The translations under genes and the position numbers were made by a program. The notes beneath the pieces were generated by a model. That model saw only the letters and a program-made list of their open reading frames with translations, was not told the DNA's origin and made no database searches. A stretch of 61,649 bases of DNA from a virus (taxonomy: Duplodnaviria; Caudoviricetes), in the IMG/VR virus record IMGVR_UViG_3300026518_000001, positions 1 through 61,649 of that record. One strand, written 5' to 3'. Of the stretch, positions 49,101 through 58,902 are shown one piece after another (positions within the stretch are counted from its first letter, which is position 1; each line of letters begins with the position of its first letter).

Positions 49101-52100
49101 CTAATATATCTTTTAAATTTGATAGCAAACTCGTAAATTATATTAAAACACTATTTAAAGAGACTTATGAACCAGCATTTGAATATGCGTTTGGTCAATA
49201 TAAATTTATAGATGATTATAGAAATACTGTTAAGAGTATGTCTAATATTCTATATGAAACTTCTAAAGAAATCTTTAATAAACAATTACAAGAAGAGATT
49301 AAAAAAAGAGGTTACAATGATATTAACCAAGTAAATAATAAAGAACTTACTGATATAATAAGTAACTTAATTAAACAACATAAATACTATACAATTAAAT
49401 CAATACAATCTACTAATACACATAATTCATTTATACCATTAGATAAATTTGATAGAAATAAAAATGGTAAACAATTAATGATTAATATTAATGGTAAAGC
49501 TTTATCTACAAATTTAGATGATAAACATATGGTTAATAACGCAATAGCTACTCCTGTAACAACAATTCACCAAATAGATAGTAATATTATAGTAGATACT
49601 TTACAAACTATGAGAGAAGCTTCTAATGGTAAATTACATATAGGTCATATATTTGATGCATTACTTATGCCTTTGGATCTAAATAGTGTAGATAGTATTT
49701 CTGAATATAATAAAGAAACTATTAAATCAAATGCTAATTATTCAGTAGCTCAAGAAATGATGAAGCAAATAAATGATATTTATACATCTGAACCAGAAGT
49801 ATTAAATAATATCTTAGCTAATAATATAAAAGATTTAGTTAATAATGGTGTAGATATAGATAATATTAAAGATATATTATCTGGTAATATAGATGTAGAT
49901 ATTAATAATGATATTATTAAACATTTATATTCATTAAAAAACATATCTAATAATAAAGAATTAGTTGCTAAATTTAATTTATTACTTGATATAGCTAACT
50001 ATAATAAATTAGCTAGTAATTCATCTAATATAGCTAATACTAGAAATGAGTTTTTTAAAAAAGATATGGTTGTAGGTCATTCTTATCTATTGGATCCTTA
50101 CTCAATAAAAGATAAAAATCCATTATATATTCATAAAGGTAGAAATAAAATTAAACCTACATTAGACCCATTAGATAGTATAGAATCAATTAGATTAGAT
50201 CCAACAACAATAGATAGTATAAAAGAATCAAATACTAACAATAATAAACCTACATTAGAACAATTAGATAAAATATATAATAATGATAAATATGGATCAT
50301 CATCAACTGAATATATGGGTGAATTACAAGATAGAGATACATTTAGATCTCCTGAAGAAGTAATAGATTATCTTAATAAAGAACTACCAAATGATATTGA
50401 TCCAATAATCAAAGATAACTTTATTAATCTTACAAGTAAATCATTTAATACATTAGATAAAATAAATGTATTAAACTATCTAAATACTACATTTAATAGA
50501 GGTTTAGCTAATATAGATACTAACACTATATCATTAAGTAAATCAGCTGGATTATCTAATCAATCTACTAGTGAAATATATATGCATGAATTAATGCACT
50601 TATATACAGGACTTGCATTTAAATATAGTACTAAATTAGTAAACCAATCATTAAGATTACAACAAGCAGTTAAGAAATATATACAAGATAATGGTATAGA
50701 TACTGATACATTATTTATTCCTGATGGTTTACCACATACAAGAGAATTAATTAATAATTCTAAAAAGTTATCTGAATATGCTTTTAATGGTGATCCAGTA
50801 GAATTTATAACAATAGCTTCTACTAATAGTAAATTAAAACAATTTATTGATACAAATAATATAAAAATTAAACATTCAGCAAAAGAATTTAAACCAAAGA
50901 ATTTATTAGAAAAAATAATATCTAAAGTATTTGCTACAGTAGAGAATTTATTTAATACTATTACATCATCTAAGAGAGTTACATCAAAAGAAATAAATTC
51001 TATATTAAATAATGCAGTAGTTATGACAAATGCTCTTAGAAGCGGTAAGAATGCAAATGATAATGTATTATCTAAAATTGATATACCAAAGAAATATCAA
51101 GATGTAATAAATAACAAAATTAAGTCAACAGTCACTAAACAAATAGTAGAACCATTTAAGAAAACTACATTATATAACGAAATAAAAGATGTGAATGTAA
51201 TTAATAAAATATCTAATAAAATATCTAAAGTTAATAGTGATTTTGGTAAATTATTTAGAGATGTAGCTAATGAAATAACAAGTACTTCTAATAAGTTTGG
51301 AGACTTTTTCCCAATGTTTACTAAGATAAAATATGAACAAGAAACAATAAGAAATCATATAAATAAAGCAATAGAAGATGTAACTGATAACTTATTAAAA
51401 GATGCATCAGAATTTGATAAAGTTGCTCTTTCCCATTTGGTTCTTAAAACTGATATATATAATGTTTACGATAAAGCTTCACAAGCTACTGATATGATAA
51501 TAGATGAAACTAAAAGATTAAATAGAATAAATGAATTATCAGAAGAAATTAAATTATATACAGATCCAAAGACATATAATGCAATGATGAATCAAGCTCA
51601 ATCATTAGGATATTATATTGCAACTGGTTCAGTAACAGAACATAATTTAATGTTAAATGCTCATAATATAAATAATTTATTATTTGATCAAATGCGTACA
51701 TTACCAAAACCAAGTATAGATTTAACTAAACAATTAGATGAATTTATTAGTTTAATAGCATTACATAATACTGATCCAGTATATTTATCAAGTGATTATA
51801 TATCTAAGAATAAAAGAAATATAAATAACTTAGTTAAATTTGCTAAAGGATTATTAAGTAAACAAAGAAAAGAATTATTTACTAATCCAACATTAGAAGT
51901 AAAAGGATTTATTAGACCTAAGAATACATCTAATTATGAATATATAACAGTTAAAGCAAATAAAACTAACAACTATAAAAAAATAGGATTTAATCAATAT
52001 AGTGAACCATTTACTACTTCATTAGCTGATGGTTCTAAAGAAGAATTAATAGTACTTAAAAGACTTAATATATATCCAAACTATACTAAAGGTATAGTAG

Positions 52101-53587
52101 AAGTAACTAATACAGAACACTTCGGATCTGATTTATATGATTTAGATAATGTATCGCCATTTAGAAAACCAGCATTATTAGAAAAGATAAGTAGAAATGC
52201 TACATTATCAACAGTAAATAAACCTTTTAAATTATTTAAAGTAGATAATAAAAATGAATATGCAGTACCATTGTTGAATGATAGTGGAACAATAACTAAT
52301 TATAGAAGTGGATCAATAAATAAATTACCAATTATTAATAATAGAGCTGATATGTCAATAGATAGTGTATTAGCTAATACAGTAAGTCATAATACATTAA
52401 AGATTAATGGTAAAGCTATTAATAAATTAATATTAGAACAACAACAAAAAGCTTATGAAAAAGCTAAAGATAAGTCAGATTATATGCCAATATGTAAACC
52501 AAGTGTAGCAAATAAATTAGGATTAAAAGATTATAATGAAGAATTTTATGCTTTACTTCCTTCATATACAAGACAAATGATTGGTAATAAAGTATATTAC
52601 ATTAATAAGAATCTTACGAACCAAATATTTGGATATAAAGATACATCTATTACTAATATACCTTTACTTAAAAAAGCTAATCCAAAGTTTGTTAGAGTAT
52701 TAGGAATAAGTGAAAAATTACTTAAAGATTTAGTTAAACTACTTAAATTCCCATTAGTATTTATTAACTCATCAGTAGTATTTGGTAACTTAATTTCAAA
52801 TGTAATAGAACTATTAAAAATAATGCCATTAAGTCAAATAGTAAGTGAATTTAAAAATAGATGGAATTTATTAAATGATTATCAAACTAATCAACAAGAA
52901 CTAAATAAACTTAAATTATTACAACAAGCAGGTTTAACATCTAAAGAAGATAATTATAAAATTAAAGTATTAACTCAAAAATTAAATAATAATCCAATGC
53001 ATGATATTATTGATGCTGGTCTTATTGGATCTATTATTGATGATGTTACATTAAATAATGATAATAATACTAATTTAATTACTTCTAAAATAAATGAACA
53101 TAACTTAATAAAAAATAAAAATGTTAAATCATTACTTGATACTATATTTTTGACTCAAGAATCTTTACCAGCTAAATTAGGATTAAAGACTACTCAGTTT
53201 ACAGATGGTATTGCTAAATCTATCTATTATGAATACTATAAAAAACAAGGTATGAGTAAAGCACAATCATTAGAATTATCTAATGAGTTATTTATTAATT
53301 ATTCTATAAATGAATCTAAATATCTTAAATATCTAAATGATACTGGTTTATTTATGTTTAGTAAATTCTTATTACAAACACCTAAAGCATTAGTTAAATC
53401 AACTATACAAAATCCAATTGGTTTTTTAAAACAATTAGGAATTAATATAGTTGATCAAGCTATACCTGATACACTTGATACATATAATTATAATTTGTTG
53501 GATATAATAACTAATAGAAGAATTAATCTATATCAACAAATAGAATATAACATTAATCCAATAGACAAATGGAGTAGATTATTTTAA
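46193..53587 (+). CDS. virion RNA polymerase, catalytic and C-terminal part (N4 gp50-like), with a zincin HExxH motif
   Basis: EADAITSG (48374), RKQVKPFQMVYVYG (48761), TIHQIDS, HIFDA (49646) and HELMH (50585). Confidence 0.92.
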   Translation: MNCTNVDINKLTTKLKTEDKLIIDPKIDVTLNKIYQQALDLINKQVKLENEVQEKFNELKDQNEGYDVENKAKLLNTLIYTFKKYLGSNAIQFNGQELNPLISWIQDKQDDNTFVDNMKQTIKDEYRSLIEMNEGFIKIEDSQLLKDKMNTIKELFVRNNKYKNVLFDQLIGDINKLNRPQKIDFSNKNMNIKSINRAYVENNELKYDVVYEQKGTAEDNYKKELVEATISASDINNGFLYQLGIPIRNDDTNTNEFQLNPDLHKIFNKVLPAFLNEINNPQFMSDDKISQMFYGKDADRVIGTEVTQQEFNNIARSIRQYGFPRKELYEKLGNAILDIAHIKIINKLRYDERKALANQLGAFYLQNLIEHSKDNKIIKVQDTLVNINDKQMVLNKLEFADNYNEEAKERLNNAMSSYSATLQKITNIRFAQPEPIEYYKSIKTSTNVKDAEAYQVSPKIYDFMRKEQNVVYKTNIAYDAIKLLDQTTYLITAGGEDPNEIEHLPVEERESVVGKNNDLLRRMEALKDNEDILSFGSKFKWSEVKNLRTMMDSIVNPQDNKVHRFLVDERGVTYNKNNEVIEKEINTNTYVTKDTANLYKLALSQAFDLDTDKRTDNSLLDEISNNYLDFTFNDKDGSINEVIINDKLKPIINDGSYIDKVVKLSLSKEPTLVKKQKLQDWIKQHQDEYKAYLDFIKGTEHIHAFQALIDIKYLQVSKSNNKSILKLEADAITSGMVLTMLQTIGVTVNTEEEMNKLVNLLAKGGIYVSTDNNTFGLKEPNEEQLAKLNKVLQNTLKSKQLANNAEYLTHGFLKQNFKNFNDFYETLSDSLNDYMQSTTFKPEQQTIVNAFGSSFSRKQVKPFQMVYVYGASFKNIMEKTFYEIAFNPLNKMLYEFGNKGGQLKHLIAKLNKKTDDIDDPKLKLIKQLINNGNDIKEYINIYKWNKELQKNEVINTKDLSEEELLNTNLSNISFKFDSKLVNYIKTLFKETYEPAFEYAFGQYKFIDDYRNTVKSMSNILYETSKEIFNKQLQEEIKKRGYNDINQVNNKELTDIISNLIKQHKYYTIKSIQSTNTHNSFIPLDKFDRNKNGKQLMININGKALSTNLDDKHMVNNAIATPVTTIHQIDSNIIVDTLQTMREASNGKLHIGHIFDALLMPLDLNSVDSISEYNKETIKSNANYSVAQEMMKQINDIYTSEPEVLNNILANNIKDLVNNGVDIDNIKDILSGNIDVDINNDIIKHLYSLKNISNNKELVAKFNLLLDIANYNKLASNSSNIANTRNEFFKKDMVVGHSYLLDPYSIKDKNPLYIHKGRNKIKPTLDPLDSIESIRLDPTTIDSIKESNTNNNKPTLEQLDKIYNNDKYGSSSTEYMGELQDRDTFRSPEEVIDYLNKELPNDIDPIIKDNFINLTSKSFNTLDKINVLNYLNTTFNRGLANIDTNTISLSKSAGLSNQSTSEIYMHELMHLYTGLAFKYSTKLVNQSLRLQQAVKKYIQDNGIDTDTLFIPDGLPHTRELINNSKKLSEYAFNGDPVEFITIASTNSKLKQFIDTNNIKIKHSAKEFKPKNLLEKIISKVFATVENLFNTITSSKRVTSKEINSILNNAVVMTNALRSGKNANDNVLSKIDIPKKYQDVINNKIKSTVTKQIVEPFKKTTLYNEIKDVNVINKISNKISKVNSDFGKLFRDVANEITSTSNKFGDFFPMFTKIKYEQETIRNHINKAIEDVTDNLLKDASEFDKVALSHLVLKTDIYNVYDKASQATDMIIDETKRLNRINELSEEIKLYTDPKTYNAMMNQAQSLGYYIATGSVTEHNLMLNAHNINNLLFDQMRTLPKPSIDLTKQLDEFISLIALHNTDPVYLSSDYISKNKRNINNLVKFAKGLLSKQRKELFTNPTLEVKGFIRPKNTSNYEYITVKANKTNNYKKIGFNQYSEPFTTSLADGSKEELIVLKRLNIYPNYTKGIVEVTNTEHFGSDLYDLDNVSPFRKPALLEKISRNATLSTVNKPFKLFKVDNKNEYAVPLLNDSGTITNYRSGSINKLPIINNRADMSIDSVLANTVSHNTLKINGKAINKLILEQQQKAYEKAKDKSDYMPICKPSVANKLGLKDYNEEFYALLPSYTRQMIGNKVYYINKNLTNQIFGYKDTSITNIPLLKKANPKFVRVLGISEKLLKDLVKLLKFPLVFINSSVVFGNLISNVIELLKIMPLSQIVSEFKNRWNLLNDYQTNQQELNKLKLLQQAGLTSKEDNYKIKVLTQKLNNNPMHDIIDAGLIGSIIDDVTLNNDNNTNLITSKINEHNLIKNKNVKSLLDTIFLTQESLPAKLGLKTTQFTDGIAKSIYYEYYKKQGMSKAQSLELSNELFINYSINESKYLKYLNDTGLFMFSKFLLQTPKALVKSTIQNPIGFLKQLGINIVDQAIPDTLDTYNYNLLDIITNRRINLYQQIEYNINPIDKWSRLF

Positions 53588-53757
53588 TCTTCCTCCTTAT
53601 GTATTGTTTCATAAATAACTGATCCAATGATAAACACTACAAACATAATAAAGAAAAATACTCCAATCATATAACTACTAATCAATGTACCGATTATTAT
53701 TGCTACTAATACAATAGATAATATAATACTTACTATAAATCTAATAACACCATCCAT
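53584..53757 (-). CDS. 57-aa two-TM membrane protein (not in the ORF track)
   Basis: MDGVIRFIVSIILSIVLVAII..., last gene of the minus-strand operon. Confidence 0.55.
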   Translation of the reverse strand: MDGVIRFIVSIILSIVLVAIIIGTLISSYMIGVFFFIMFVVFIIGSVIYETIHKEED

Positions 53758-53917
53758 TATTTACTCATTTTTAAATTCATATCTAATAATTCATTAGATA
53801 AATTAAATTCATTATTAATTATATTTAAACATTCTTCTAATAATATATTAGATAATATATATTCATTATTTTGTTTACTACATTCTTCAATAATATATCT
53901 TTTAATTAACTCTTTAT

Positions 53918-54505
53918 TCATTTTTTTTCTCCTTTTCCGTGATATATATATTCAAAATTAAAACTATTTATTCTTCTACATTCTATAATGTATCCTTTTG
54001 ATCTAAGTGTCTTAAATAAACTATAATATATTTGTTTAGATCCAAATATCTCTGTTAATTTATTTGTATCTATTCTTTTATATGTATATAAATATTTAAG
54101 TAATCTTTGCCATAAATACCTAATATAACCAGCACTTCTACCAATACTTTTGGATCTTCTTGTTGTTCTTGGATCAGTTAATTTACATTTAATCCTATAT
54201 TGTCTTTCACCATACATTTGTTTATATTTTCTTCTAAGCATTATTTCTGATCTATATACATTTTCACACATTAAATTAAATGATAAATCTTTATACTCTT
54301 CAAACATTTGTTTAAATTCTTCTTCTCTATTCAAATAACCAAGTTTAACAAACTTACCAACTGTTTCTCTAGTTACTCCTATATAATCAGCTATTTGCAT
54401 ATTATTTAATGATACCAATGGATAAAAATATTCTTTATGTAATTTATCTATCCATTTACCATATCTATTATCAAATAGTTCCTTAGTTAATCTAGGTGTT
54501 GCCAT
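53918..54505 (-). CDS. multi-HTH DNA-binding protein with a Crp-type HTH
   Basis: QIADYIGVTRETVGK and a C-terminal winged-helix-like LRSKGYII. Confidence 0.65.
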   Translation of the reverse strand: MATPRLTKELFDNRYGKWIDKLHKEYFYPLVSLNNMQIADYIGVTRETVGKFVKLGYLNREEEFKQMFEEYKDLSFNLMCENVYRSEIMLRRKYKQMYGERQYRIKCKLTDPRTTRRSKSIGRSAGYIRYLWQRLLKYLYTYKRIDTNKLTEIFGSKQIYYSLFKTLRSKGYIIECRRINSFNFEYIYHGKGEKK

Positions 54506-55032
54506 TATTCTTCCTTTTCAATAATATCTTTAAACTTATGAGTTCCAAACATATATTTAAGTTCTAATCTCCCTTCTACTTTTGGATCCAAAGCTACTAT
54601 ACAATCCTCAGCAAACTTAATTGTTTTATCAGTTATATGATGATATGACTTAATAACTTTCTCAATATCTTTTTGTTTAAATGGAGGAATAATACCTGTT
54701 TTACTATCATCCAACTCTAGATAATAATAGAATATTAATAATCCACTTACTAATACATCAGCTTCTACTTCTTCACCATTAAATACTTTAGTTAATCTTT
54801 TATTAGCAAAGTCTTGTATCGGTTTCTTAGCAAAGATAGCTGATATTTTATATAACCATTTATATAGTATAATAAGCTCCATATCTTCAAAGTTTTTATC
54901 ATCTAATTTCTCTTTCAACAAATCTATTTCAAACTTATTACAAGCTTCTTGAATCATTGCAAATGTAACTAACAATACAGCATTTCTTACTTTAACTTGT
55001 TTCGTAGTACCTTTTACTTTCTTTTTATTCAT
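54505..55032 (-). CDS. hypothetical protein
   Basis: 175-aa ORF with RBS. Confidence 0.7.
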   Translation of the reverse strand: MNKKKVKGTTKQVKVRNAVLLVTFAMIQEACNKFEIDLLKEKLDDKNFEDMELIILYKWLYKISAIFAKKPIQDFANKRLTKVFNGEEVEADVLVSGLLIFYYYLELDDSKTGIIPPFKQKDIEKVIKSYHHITDKTIKFAEDCIVALDPKVEGRLELKYMFGTHKFKDIIEKEE

Positions 55033-55047
55033 AACTCTTCCTTTTTA

Positions 55048-55296
55048 TTATTTAGTTCCAACAACCATACATTCATAGTAGTATCTAGTTATGTTTGATA
55101 ATAAATCTTGCTTACTCATTAATGCTGGATAACCTCTAAAATATTTAATTATTTCTTTTTTGTTCTCATTTAATGAATAAGCTAAATTACTAAGCTCGTG
55201 ATGAGTTAATCTATCTAATAGAACTATATCCTTAAAATATTTAAAATATGTCTCTATATCGTTTATTCTTACTTTATGATTGTATTTCTTTTTTAT
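55048..55296 (-). CDS. 82-aa ORF with an ATA start (non-canonical or mutated start)
   Basis: AAGGAG 6 nt upstream of the ATA; the open frame fills the intergenic gap. Confidence 0.5.
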   Translation of the reverse strand: MKKKYNHKVRINDIETYFKYFKDIVLLDRLTHHELSNLAYSLNENKKEIIKYFRGYPALMSKQDLLSNITRYYYECMVVGTK

Positions 55297-55391
55297 TTAT
55301 TTCTCCTTATATTTTATTATGTTTTACTTTATTTATTAATAGAGGGTCTTCACCTTCGGTGAATGGATCCAACAAGGATAGATAGGTTGGA

Positions 55392-55631
55392 TCAAAAGTA
55401 TTGCTTAATAATTCTATTTAGTTTATTAGCTGTTAAATATTCATCTAAATCTTCATAAAATTCTGTTTGTTTATTAGCTAACTTATTTAGTGATTCACAC
55501 ATAGCTATACAATTACCTTTATGATATACATAATCAGTTATTACTTCCTCTTGTTTAGATCCAACAACAAGTATAATCCTATATAGTGAATCTTTATTCC
55601 AATCTCTTTGTGCTTGAAATTTTACTTTCAT
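55392..55631 (-). CDS. hypothetical protein
   Basis: AAGGA RBS. Confidence 0.6.
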   Translation of the reverse strand: MKVKFQAQRDWNKDSLYRIILVVGSKQEEVITDYVYHKGNCIAMCESLNKLANKQTEFYEDLDEYLTANKLNRIIKQYF

Positions 55632-55643
55632 TTATAATCCTTT

Positions 55644-56045
55644 TTATTCAAAGTTGTATTTTTTTGTTAGTTCATTTATTAATTCACCTAATATATCTTT
55701 CTCTTCATTAGATATATTACTTAATAACTCTTCTTTTAGTTCTGTTGAATCTTTTTCTTTTTTAGGTGTATTTGTATTATTTTTAATAACTTCTCGTCTA
55801 TAAAGCTCTAAATAGTTTTGTATATCAATAATATTATCTTCATAATATCTATCACCATTAATCATTCTTGATAACTTATGTAAAACCATTTCCATTGCTT
55901 CATTCATTGCATCTGTTGGTTCTTTAAAATCAAGATTAGCTTTCATATACCAAGTATCTTTTAATGTTTGACTAATCTCAGCTAAATTATCAAACTCTCC
56001 ATATCTACTACCTCTTTCTTCTAATATCTTTTCGTGAATATTCAT
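55644..56045 (-). CDS. DUF6378-like all-alpha nucleotide hydrolase-related protein
   Basis: ILEERGSRYG..HKLSRMING..DNIIDIQNY. Confidence 0.7.
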   Translation of the reverse strand: MNIHEKILEERGSRYGEFDNLAEISQTLKDTWYMKANLDFKEPTDAMNEAMEMVLHKLSRMINGDRYYEDNIIDIQNYLELYRREVIKNNTNTPKKEKDSTELKEELLSNISNEEKDILGELINELTKKYNFE

Positions 56046-56090
56046 TATTTAATTCCTTTATATTTTTGTTTTAGATCCAAAGATAAATGA

Positions 56091-56789
56091 TTAATCATCA
56101 AAATCTCTTTTACATTGATTTACTTTCTTAGCTATATCTTTATCAGCTAATACTAATTCTTTATAATCATCTGGTAGTTCTTTGAATAACATATAAGCTA
56201 TTTGTCTAATATTTATATGGACTTCACTACCTAAACGAAGTTTCAAGAATCCTACTAATGATCTAAGATTAAAACTTAATTGCATTTTATATATGAACCA
56301 TTGTGGTAAACTTAAAGATAATCTATCCATATCTTTCTTAAATATTCTACCTTTATCATTTCTATAACTATCAATTAACTCTATTAATTCTAATCTATAT
56401 TTCTCATTAAACTCATCTAACTTTGAATCTCCTGTTGGCTCTCTTTCAATATCAATTAGATCCAAAGCGTATCTGCTACTAGTAACTGTTTGGCTAACTC
56501 CTATTCTTGAACGACTTTCTTCAAGAAGTGACTTAGTAGTCATATGAACATCAAATACTATTAGACTATGTTCTAATACACTTTGATGGAAGTGAACAAA
56601 TCCAATTTTTTTAATTAGATTAAAATCTTTTTTACCTATTTTTATACAACTAGAATAAACAGTTTTATTCTCTTCACTAAAATAAATAGTGTCACTTTGA
56701 TTATGATTGTCATGGCTAAATCTAATCCCATTACTAATCAACCAGAGCGGTGATGTAAAAATAAGTTTTACTCTTTGTTTAGTTTTCAT
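56091..56789 (-). CDS. thyX: FAD-dependent thymidylate synthase
   Basis: HQSVLEH, RSRIGVSQTVTSSRY (a variant of RHRx7-8SxR) and FNLRSLVGFLKLR. Confidence 0.88.
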   Translation of the reverse strand: MKTKQRVKLIFTSPLWLISNGIRFSHDNHNQSDTIYFSEENKTVYSSCIKIGKKDFNLIKKIGFVHFHQSVLEHSLIVFDVHMTTKSLLEESRSRIGVSQTVTSSRYALDLIDIEREPTGDSKLDEFNEKYRLELIELIDSYRNDKGRIFKKDMDRLSLSLPQWFIYKMQLSFNLRSLVGFLKLRLGSEVHINIRQIAYMLFKELPDDYKELVLADKDIAKKVNQCKRDFDD

Positions 56790-56967
56790 TTTTACTCCTT
56801 TATATTTTCAAAAAAACCAGCATTTATAAGTTGCTGAAATTTTCTTTGATATTTTTTACCATTGTTTTTCTTTATTATAACTCTACTACTTTTATTTATA
56901 TAGATAAGTCTTCCAATCTTTACTTTTGGTTTCCTACATTTTGAATAATTTTTATTTTTCATTATAG

Positions 56968-57720
56968 TTATCCTTGTGAGAAAAAGTTTAAAACTTTATC
57001 TTTGTACTTTTCATTAAAATCTTCATTATGGTATTTATACCATTTTATATTATCTTTAATATCATTATAATAATGTTCAAAATCATCGTTGCAACAATGA
57101 ATGCTATTAATTGATTTTTTTAAAAACTGATAGTCATGAAAGACTGTAAGTTTAATATCTTTTTCTAAACTCTCTTTAAATAAATCACTTAAATTTTTAG
57201 AAGCTTTAGTGTCTCCTGTAATAACAACTTGTTGTGTTATTATTCCAGCTTCTTTTGTATATGAAAAGACAATTCCATAATTAGGAAGTACTATATGATT
57301 CCCCTTTATCAATTGAAATACAATTGAACCTTCACCTTCACTTCCAAAATAAATAAGTTCTTGTTCTTCTTTTTTGTTTAGCTCATACATTTTTACATGA
57401 ACTAAAATACCATTTTCATAAACAATTTGTTTTGGTAAATATTTTTCAATATCTATTTCTTTACCTGTATAAATTTTAGTAATTTTATTTTTTATAAAGT
57501 AGTTATAATAAATAAGTTTTTCTAATCCACCAATATGGTCTTGATGAGTATGTGTTATAAAAATATTTGCAATATCTATGTTATTGTCTTTAATATATTC
57601 AAAAGCATTATTTGGACAGTCAATTAATATAGAAGTTCTTTTAGAGTTATTTAATGTTACTAAAAAAGAACTATTATCTTTACTAAAAACTCCTCCACCT
57701 CCAATAATATCAATCTTCAT
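56968..57720 (-). CDS. MBL-fold metallohydrolase, Apyc1-like (anti-Pycsar candidate)
   Basis: IDCP, THTHQDHIGGLE, TGDT, FHDYQ..IH and a terminal YH. Confidence 0.75.
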   Translation of the reverse strand: MKIDIIGGGGVFSKDNSSFLVTLNNSKRTSILIDCPNNAFEYIKDNNIDIANIFITHTHQDHIGGLEKLIYYNYFIKNKITKIYTGKEIDIEKYLPKQIVYENGILVHVKMYELNKKEEQELIYFGSEGEGSIVFQLIKGNHIVLPNYGIVFSYTKEAGIITQQVVITGDTKASKNLSDLFKESLEKDIKLTVFHDYQFLKKSINSIHCCNDDFEHYYNDIKDNIKWYKYHNEDFNEKYKDKVLNFFSQG

Positions 57721-57741
57721 TTATTTTCCTTTCTTAATGTT

Positions 57742-57921
57742 TTATTCATAAATTTCCTTTTTTGATCTTTCTAATTCAGTTATCTTATTTCTAAGCTTTA
57801 AATTTTCTATATGTAAATCAATTAATTTATATTGTAAATTACAATTTATTTATTCTTGATGATATAAAATATATTTACTTACACATTTACAAATATATTT
57901 ATTTATTAGTTTTCTAATCAC
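57742..57921 (-). pseudogene. small gene with an internal TAA
   Basis: GTG start coupled to the upstream stop; TAA near 57850, after which the frame continues as a coiled coil. Confidence 0.45.
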
Positions 57922-58295
57922 TTATCTTTATTTACTTTATAACATTTACCATCATAAATAATATCTTTATTATTAGCTTTGAAATTCATATTGAATACAT
58001 CTGATCCAACATTATCAGCTGGTAAACCAATCATAAAATCTTTATTTTTATAAACATCTACATTTTTACTTGTTAATAGATATGAAAATACTGCCCCACT
58101 TTCATCTGTAAGTTTTTGTCCTTTTTTAACAAAAGTTACCTTTTGCCATTCTTTCTCAGGTAGCTTTTTAGTTAAATTGTTTAACGATACAGCAACTATT
58201 GCACAATTATATTTTCCATCTTCAATTGCAAATGCTTGAGTTACAATGAAAGCTCCTACTAATCCTACTAGTCCTAATAATTTAATTTTATTCAT
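57918..58295 (-). CDS. exported periplasmic protein
   Basis: Sec signal peptide ending in AFA; two Cys; beta-rich. Confidence 0.7.
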   Translation of the reverse strand: MNKIKLLGLVGLVGAFIVTQAFAIEDGKYNCAIVAVSLNNLTKKLPEKEWQKVTFVKKGQKLTDESGAVFSYLLTSKNVDVYKNKDFMIGLPADNVGSDVFNMNFKANNKDIIYDGKCYKVNKDK

Positions 58296-58735
58296 TATTT
58301 ATCCTTTAATATACATTTATTAAAATTTGGTTTATATAATGTTTCTTTAGGTTGGTTCTTATCTTTTAACCATTTACCATATGGACCTCTTTTAGACCAT
58401 TCTATCTTTTGCATTGGATCTTGTCTTCTACTACTTATTTCTTTATATACTTCTTTTACAGCACAATCTACATTTATATCTAGCTTCATTAAACCAGTAA
58501 GAATATATACTATTGCATCAATTCTATCTACATAATTAGCTACTGTTGGTTCTTTAGGTTTACCAAATGTAAGCATATATTCATATACTTTTTTAGCTAC
58601 ATCTCTAGGATCCAATCCTGATAGATAGAAGCTTTCTAATAGTTCTTCTAATACATTAATTGTTTCTACTTTTGGATCAAATTTAGATTTATGTAATTGT
58701 CTTTCTTTTGCCCATTCTTGTATTTTATTAATCAT
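58295..58735 (-). CDS. MazG-like NTP pyrophosphohydrolase
   Basis: IQEWAKER..LEELLE..DRIDAIVY..EISSR. Confidence 0.7.
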   Translation of the reverse strand: MINKIQEWAKERQLHKSKFDPKVETINVLEELLESFYLSGLDPRDVAKKVYEYMLTFGKPKEPTVANYVDRIDAIVYILTGLMKLDINVDCAVKEVYKEISSRRQDPMQKIEWSKRGPYGKWLKDKNQPKETLYKPNFNKCILKDK

Positions 58736-58902
58736 TTAATCTCCTTATGTATTTGTTTATTTTTAATTACATATTTCTCATATACATAATTTTTACCATC
58801 TGAATATCCGTAACCATATAATGTTATAAAAACTATAAGCAATGATATTATTGTTATAAAAAACAAAATTATAGATATATCTTTATAATTATCATTATCC
58901 AT

